Made by a program: the position numbers and the translations under genes | The notes under the pieces: generated by a model | What the model saw: the letters and a program-made list of their open reading frames with translations, nothing else | Database searches by the model: none | Told to the model about the DNA's origin: nothing | DNA from: an uncultured SAR86 cluster bacterium | GTDB taxonomy: Bacteria; Pseudomonadota; Gammaproteobacteria; Magnimaribacterales; D2472 | Direction of reading: 5' to 3' | Assembly (NCBI GenBank): GCA_902514105.1 | Contig: CABXPU010000003.1 | Span: forward strand, 621-64,620 | Length of the DNA: 64,000 nucleotides | In this document: piece after piece, positions 60,200 through 64,000 of the stretch | How positions within the stretch are numbered: position 1 is the first letter of the stretch | How the letters are laid out: each line of letters starts with the position of its first letter

Positions 60200-61079
60200 T
60201 TTTAAAATGATCGTAGCCTGTAATATTTATATCATAGCCTTGTTCGGAGATAAAATTAATTTCATTACAATCTGTCACATCTCCAATATAAATATAATTA
60301 TCAATATTTAGTTCTTTGGGTATTGTAAAACAAAGGTCATAGTCATCACCTTTATTGATGTCATTAATATTAGACGTTATAGGGATGGTATCTAGATATA
60401 TTCTTGCTCCAAGTTTAGAAGAATGAATCATCTTTTTTAGATCTGTTAAAAGACCATCTGATGTATCAATACAAGCTGAAGCAACTTTAGAAATATTTTT
60501 TCCTAATTTAATCATTGGCTTTGGTCTTAAGTAATCTTTTACAAAGGGTGAATTTTTATTTCCTGATTTCCATGCATTCAAACCAGCGCTCCCTCTTCCA
60601 ACAGGTTTGCTAATATAAATCTTATCGCCAATCCCTGCGGTATCCCTTCTTAAAATATTATTATCATATGGTGTTCCGTACACTATGGCATTTATATTTA
60701 GAGGTCCTTTTGTTAGATCTCCTCCTATCAAGGATATCCTAAATTCTTCTGCAATATCCTTAACACCTTTAGACAATTTCATGTACCAATCAATTTCATT
60801 AAATGGCGAGGATACTGAAAGACTAAATGCTATAGGTCTGCACCCCATTGCAGCTATATCGCTTAAAGCAATTGATACCGCTCTATATCCAATATCTTCA
60901 ACTGGTGCATCAAAGGGAAAATGGACATCTTCAATTGAAGAATCAACTGATGTAACAATAGGAGTGTTTAAATTAAAAATTGCACAATCATCTCCTGGGC
61001 CAAGGATTATGCCATTTTCTTTATAATAATCAGCACCTATGCGCTGAAAGATTTCAATAAATTCAAATTCTGAGGACAA
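60192..61079 (-). CDS. thiL: Thiamine-monophosphate kinase
   Basis: EFEFI, GPGDDCA, LSDIAAMG, GGDLT, IDTSDGL, GDDYDLCFT, GYDHF. Confidence 0.94.
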   Translation of the reverse strand: MSSEFEFIEIFQRIGADYYKENGIILGPGDDCAIFNLNTPIVTSVDSSIEDVHFPFDAPVEDIGYRAVSIALSDIAAMGCRPIAFSLSVSSPFNEIDWYMKLSKGVKDIAEEFRISLIGGDLTKGPLNINAIVYGTPYDNNILRRDTAGIGDKIYISKPVGRGSAGLNAWKSGNKNSPFVKDYLRPKPMIKLGKNISKVASACIDTSDGLLTDLKKMIHSSKLGARIYLDTIPITSNINDINKGDDYDLCFTIPKELNIDNYIYIGDVTDCNEINFISEQGYDINITGYDHFKNE

Positions 61080-61082
61080 GAA

Positions 61083-62273
61083 TTAACTTGGATATCTTTC
61101 AAATAATCCAGAAGCGCCCATGCCGCCGCCAACACACATAGTAACAACACCAAATTGTTTGTCTGCCCTCTGCAATTGCCTAGTGATATGACCAACACAT
61201 CTAGCTCCAGTCATTCCAAAAGGATGTCCAATCGAAATTGAACCGCCATTAACATTTAATTTATCCATTGGAATTCCAAGGGTATCTCTACAATATACAA
61301 CCTGCACCGCAAAAGCTTCATTAAGCTCCCATAAATCAATATCATCAACTGATAGGCCATTTTGTTTTAATAGTTTAGGTACTGAAAAAACTGGTCCAAT
61401 TCCCATCTCATCTGGCTCACATCCCATTGTTGTGAAGCCTCTAAAATAAGCAATTGGTTTTAGACCTAATTCCAGAGCTTTATCTTCAGACATTATTAAT
61501 GAAACTGCAGCACCATCAGAAAGTTGCGAAGAATTTCCTGCTGTTACCGATCCATTTTCATCAAAAACTGGTTTTAATGCGGCTAATCCTTCTAATGTAG
61601 TAGTTGGCCTATTGCACTCATCTTTATCTACAGTGTAATCAACCTCTTTTGCCTCACCAGTTTCTTTATTCATTAGCATCATTTTAGTATCCATTGGAAC
61701 TATTTCATCTGAGTAAATACCAGCTTCTTGCGCAGCAGCAGTTCTCATTTGACTTTCAAGTGCATATTCATCTTGAGCTTCTCTTGAAATGTTATACCTC
61801 TTAGCAACAGTTTCAGCAGTTATGCCCATTGGATGATATATACCTGGATATTCTGCAGCCAATCTGTCATTAACAAAGTTATCCATATTCATTTTTCCAC
61901 CCATCATTGAGATAGTTTCTGCTCCTCCAGCTATAACAGCATCATAGCAACCTGCCATTACTTGAGATGCTCCCATTGAAATAGTCTGCATACCCGAAGA
62001 GCAATATCTATTAACAGTAGTTCCGCCAGTAGTAATAGGTAAATTTGATAAAACAGCAGCATTTCTTCCTAAGTTATGCCCTTGAGCCCCCTCTGGATTA
62101 CCACAACCCATGATGACATCTTCTACAGCTTCAGCTGGAAGATTAGGATTTCTTTCTATAAGGTTATTAATAATATGTGACAGCATGTCATCTGGTCTTG
62201 TTATATTAAAACCGCCTCTATGAGATTTTGCTAATCCAGTTCTTACGCTATCAACGATTACTGCGTTTTTCAT
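61083..62273 (-). CDS. Acetyl-CoA C-acyltransferase (thiolase)
   Basis: NRYCSSG, TAGNSSQLSDG, ELNEAFA, GHPFGMTG, MCVGGGMG. Confidence 0.95.
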   Translation of the reverse strand: MKNAVIVDSVRTGLAKSHRGGFNITRPDDMLSHIINNLIERNPNLPAEAVEDVIMGCGNPEGAQGHNLGRNAAVLSNLPITTGGTTVNRYCSSGMQTISMGASQVMAGCYDAVIAGGAETISMMGGKMNMDNFVNDRLAAEYPGIYHPMGITAETVAKRYNISREAQDEYALESQMRTAAAQEAGIYSDEIVPMDTKMMLMNKETGEAKEVDYTVDKDECNRPTTTLEGLAALKPVFDENGSVTAGNSSQLSDGAAVSLIMSEDKALELGLKPIAYFRGFTTMGCEPDEMGIGPVFSVPKLLKQNGLSVDDIDLWELNEAFAVQVVYCRDTLGIPMDKLNVNGGSISIGHPFGMTGARCVGHITRQLQRADKQFGVVTMCVGGGMGASGLFERYPS

Positions 62274-62302
62274 TTTGTCTCCGTAAATTAAAAATTTCAG
62301 TC

Positions 62303-62620
62303 TTATTTTAGACTATCATCATCACGACTTAAAGCCTTATACCAATTGGGTATAATATCAATATCATACTCTTTTGCTTTCTTAACGATATAAGGAATAC
62401 TTATTGGGCTAAATGGAAGAACGGTTAGAATGCCAAGGCCTAAACTTTTTAGATTTTCTTTTAACTGAGTATTCGCTTGTTCAATTTCTTCTTCAGTTGC
62501 AGCACCTTCTAGATAATTAATATATGTATCAAGCATGCGTTTATTTACTTCATTTTCTTCCAGGAAACTTTCTTTTAGACGCTGAAGATACAGTTGAGCT
62601 TTTTTTGAATTTAAAAACAT
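62303..62620 (-). CDS. Hypothetical small protein
   Basis: 105-aa ORF filling the gap; one hydrophobic Pro-rich segment (LGLGILTVLPFSPISIP). Confidence 0.7.
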   Translation of the reverse strand: MFLNSKKAQLYLQRLKESFLEENEVNKRMLDTYINYLEGAATEEEIEQANTQLKENLKSLGLGILTVLPFSPISIPYIVKKAKEYDIDIIPNWYKALSRDDDSLK

Positions 62621-62663
62621 TTGATAAGTATTGTATTACAGGGTTAATTCAATATGATAGATT

Positions 62664-63323
62664 TTGATTATGAAAAAAGCTGAAAGAGCACGATTAGTTT
62701 CAAAAATATTAAATAAACAATACCCTGAGACACCGATCCCTCTAGATCATGATTCTGTTTATACATTGCTTATAGCTGTTTTGCTTTCAGCTCAGTGCAC
62801 AGATAAAAGAGTTAATGAAGTAACCCCTAGTCTATTTAAACTAGCATCAACTCCAGAAAAAATGTCAAAAATATCTCAAGATAAAGTTTATAAAATAATT
62901 AAGCCTTGTGGCCTTGGTCCAAAGAAATCAAATGCTATTGTTGAGCTTTCTAAAATATTAGTAAATAAGTTTGCTGGAATAGTGCCAAATGATATTAATA
63001 AACTAGAAAAACTTCCTGGGGTTGGTCATAAAACTGCTTCAGTTGTTATTTCGCAAGGTTTTGGGGTGCCAGCTTTTCCTGTTGATACTCATATACACCG
63101 ACTTAGTCAAAGATGGGGTTTAACTAATGGTAAAAATGTTAAGCAGACAGAAAAAGATCTAAAATTTCTATTCCCTATAGAAGACTGGAATAAATTACAT
63201 CTTCAAATAATTTATTGGGGGCGTGAATTTTGTAAAGCTAGAGAATGCTATGGAACCAAATGTAAAATATGTAAAACTTGCTTCCCAAAAAGAAATAAAC
63301 CTTTTATGCACAAAAGACCATAG
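62664..63323 (+). CDS. nth: Endonuclease III
   Basis: LLSAQCTDKRVN, LPGVGHKTA, VDTHIHR, C-terminal Cys cluster. Confidence 0.95.
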   Translation: MIMKKAERARLVSKILNKQYPETPIPLDHDSVYTLLIAVLLSAQCTDKRVNEVTPSLFKLASTPEKMSKISQDKVYKIIKPCGLGPKKSNAIVELSKILVNKFAGIVPNDINKLEKLPGVGHKTASVVISQGFGVPAFPVDTHIHRLSQRWGLTNGKNVKQTEKDLKFLFPIEDWNKLHLQIIYWGREFCKARECYGTKCKICKTCFPKRNKPFMHKRP

Positions 63324-63366
63324 TTCCTTTAAAATAACTCTTCACATTTAAACATTGAGGAGAAAA

Positions 63367-64000
63367 ATGCCATCTAAAGGAGACTCTATCTTTACTAATA
63401 AAGATTCTATAGAGGGCTATGATCCTGATCTATGGAAGGCTTTAAAAGAAGAAAATATTAGGCAAGAAGAGCATCTAGAGCTTATTGCATCAGAGAATTA
63501 CGCAAGTAAAAGGGTCCTTGAAGCCCAGGGATCTATCCTAACTAATAAATATGCAGAAGGATATCCGTCTAAAAGATATTATGGAGGTTGTGAGAATGTT
63601 GATATTGCAGAAGATCTAGCAATTTCAAGAGCTAAGAAACTCTTTAAAGCTGACTATGCAAACGTTCAACCTCATAGCGGATCATCTGCAAACTCAGCCG
63701 CTTTTCTAGCTTTACTAGAACCAAATGATAATATCTTAGGGATGAGCTTAGATCATGGTGGTCACTTAACTCATGGCTCTAAAGTAAACTTTTCTGGAAG
63801 AAACTATAACAGTTTTCAATATGGGCTCCACCCCAAAACACATGATATTGACTACGATCAGGTTAGAGACTTAGCCCACAAGCATAAACCTAAATTAATT
63901 ATAGCGGGGTTCTCAGCATTTTCCGGTGTTGTAGATTGGGCAATTTTCAGAGAGATTGCAGATGAGGTAGGTGCGTATCTTTTAGTTGATATGGCTCATG
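63367..64000 (+). CDS. glyA: Serine hydroxymethyltransferase (5' part; runs off the window edge)
   Basis: Manual translation: [56 protein letters not shown]; GAGGAG SD upstream. Confidence 0.97.
   Translation, partial: MPSKGDSIFTNKDSIEGYDPDLWKALKEENIRQEEHLELIASENYASKRVLEAQGSILTNKYAEGYPSKRYYGGCENVDIAEDLAISRAKKLFKADYANVQPHSGSSANSAAFLALLEPNDNILGMSLDHGGHLTHGSKVNFSGRNYNSFQYGLHPKTHDIDYDQVRDLAHKHKPKLIIAGFSAFSGVVDWAIFREIADEVGAYLLVDMAH

Noticed and set aside
2010-61026. The many 60-146 aa alternative-frame and antisense ORFs in the track (for example 4621-4860, 17587-18012, 33657-34097, 42934-43305, 55796-56233)
   Set aside because: All lie within well-supported genes, lack recognisable motifs, and have the S/L/I/F-rich composition typical of shadow ORFs in AT-rich DNA
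1-64000. CRISPR array, rRNA, riboswitch, retron or other defence system
   Set aside because: No regularly spaced repeats, cas/RT genes or structured leaders were seen by eye; intergenic gaps are all under about 200 nt. An Rfam scan would be needed to exclude small RNAs.

Overview
AT-rich, gene-dense chromosome segment of a streamlined marine gammaproteobacterium (gene order and compaction suggest the SAR86 group; this is inference). Positions ~400-25,700 hold a co-oriented minus-strand surface-polysaccharide island between infC and tRNA-Leu/tRNA-Cys. It carries rfaH, MarR-EPS, wzz, tviB/tviC-like genes, wzx, wzy, three GT4s, two acetyltransferases, a priming transferase, TPP E1 alpha/beta with an aldo-keto reductase, and galE. 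The rest is core housekeeping: pgsA, uvrC, pgi, pyrF, ihfB, rpsA, cmk, aroA, tyrA, hisC, pheA, serC, gyrA, pntAB, ubiG, scpAB, aroG, an RND pump, xseB-ispA-dxs, pgpA-thiL, a thiolase, nth and glyA. The best candidate for an undescribed system is at the distal end of the island: a minimal SerK/SbnI-like ParB-fold kinase, a LicC-type cytidylyltransferase fused to a CobD-like PLP enzyme, an EptA-family transferase and a PLC-like phosphodiesterase. Together they suggest a serine -> phosphoserine -> phosphoethanolamine -> CDP-ethanolamine route for decorating the cell surface. Signals missed by the ORF track include a decayed IS3/IS407 left end that appears to supply the wzx ribosome-binding site, an ops-like site with a palindromic operator, tandem NrdR-like boxes before scpA, and a HexR-like box before pntA. 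A DnaT-like/lambda-P-like replication gene pair sits among the core genes. All calls come from motif recognition by eye; no searches were run.
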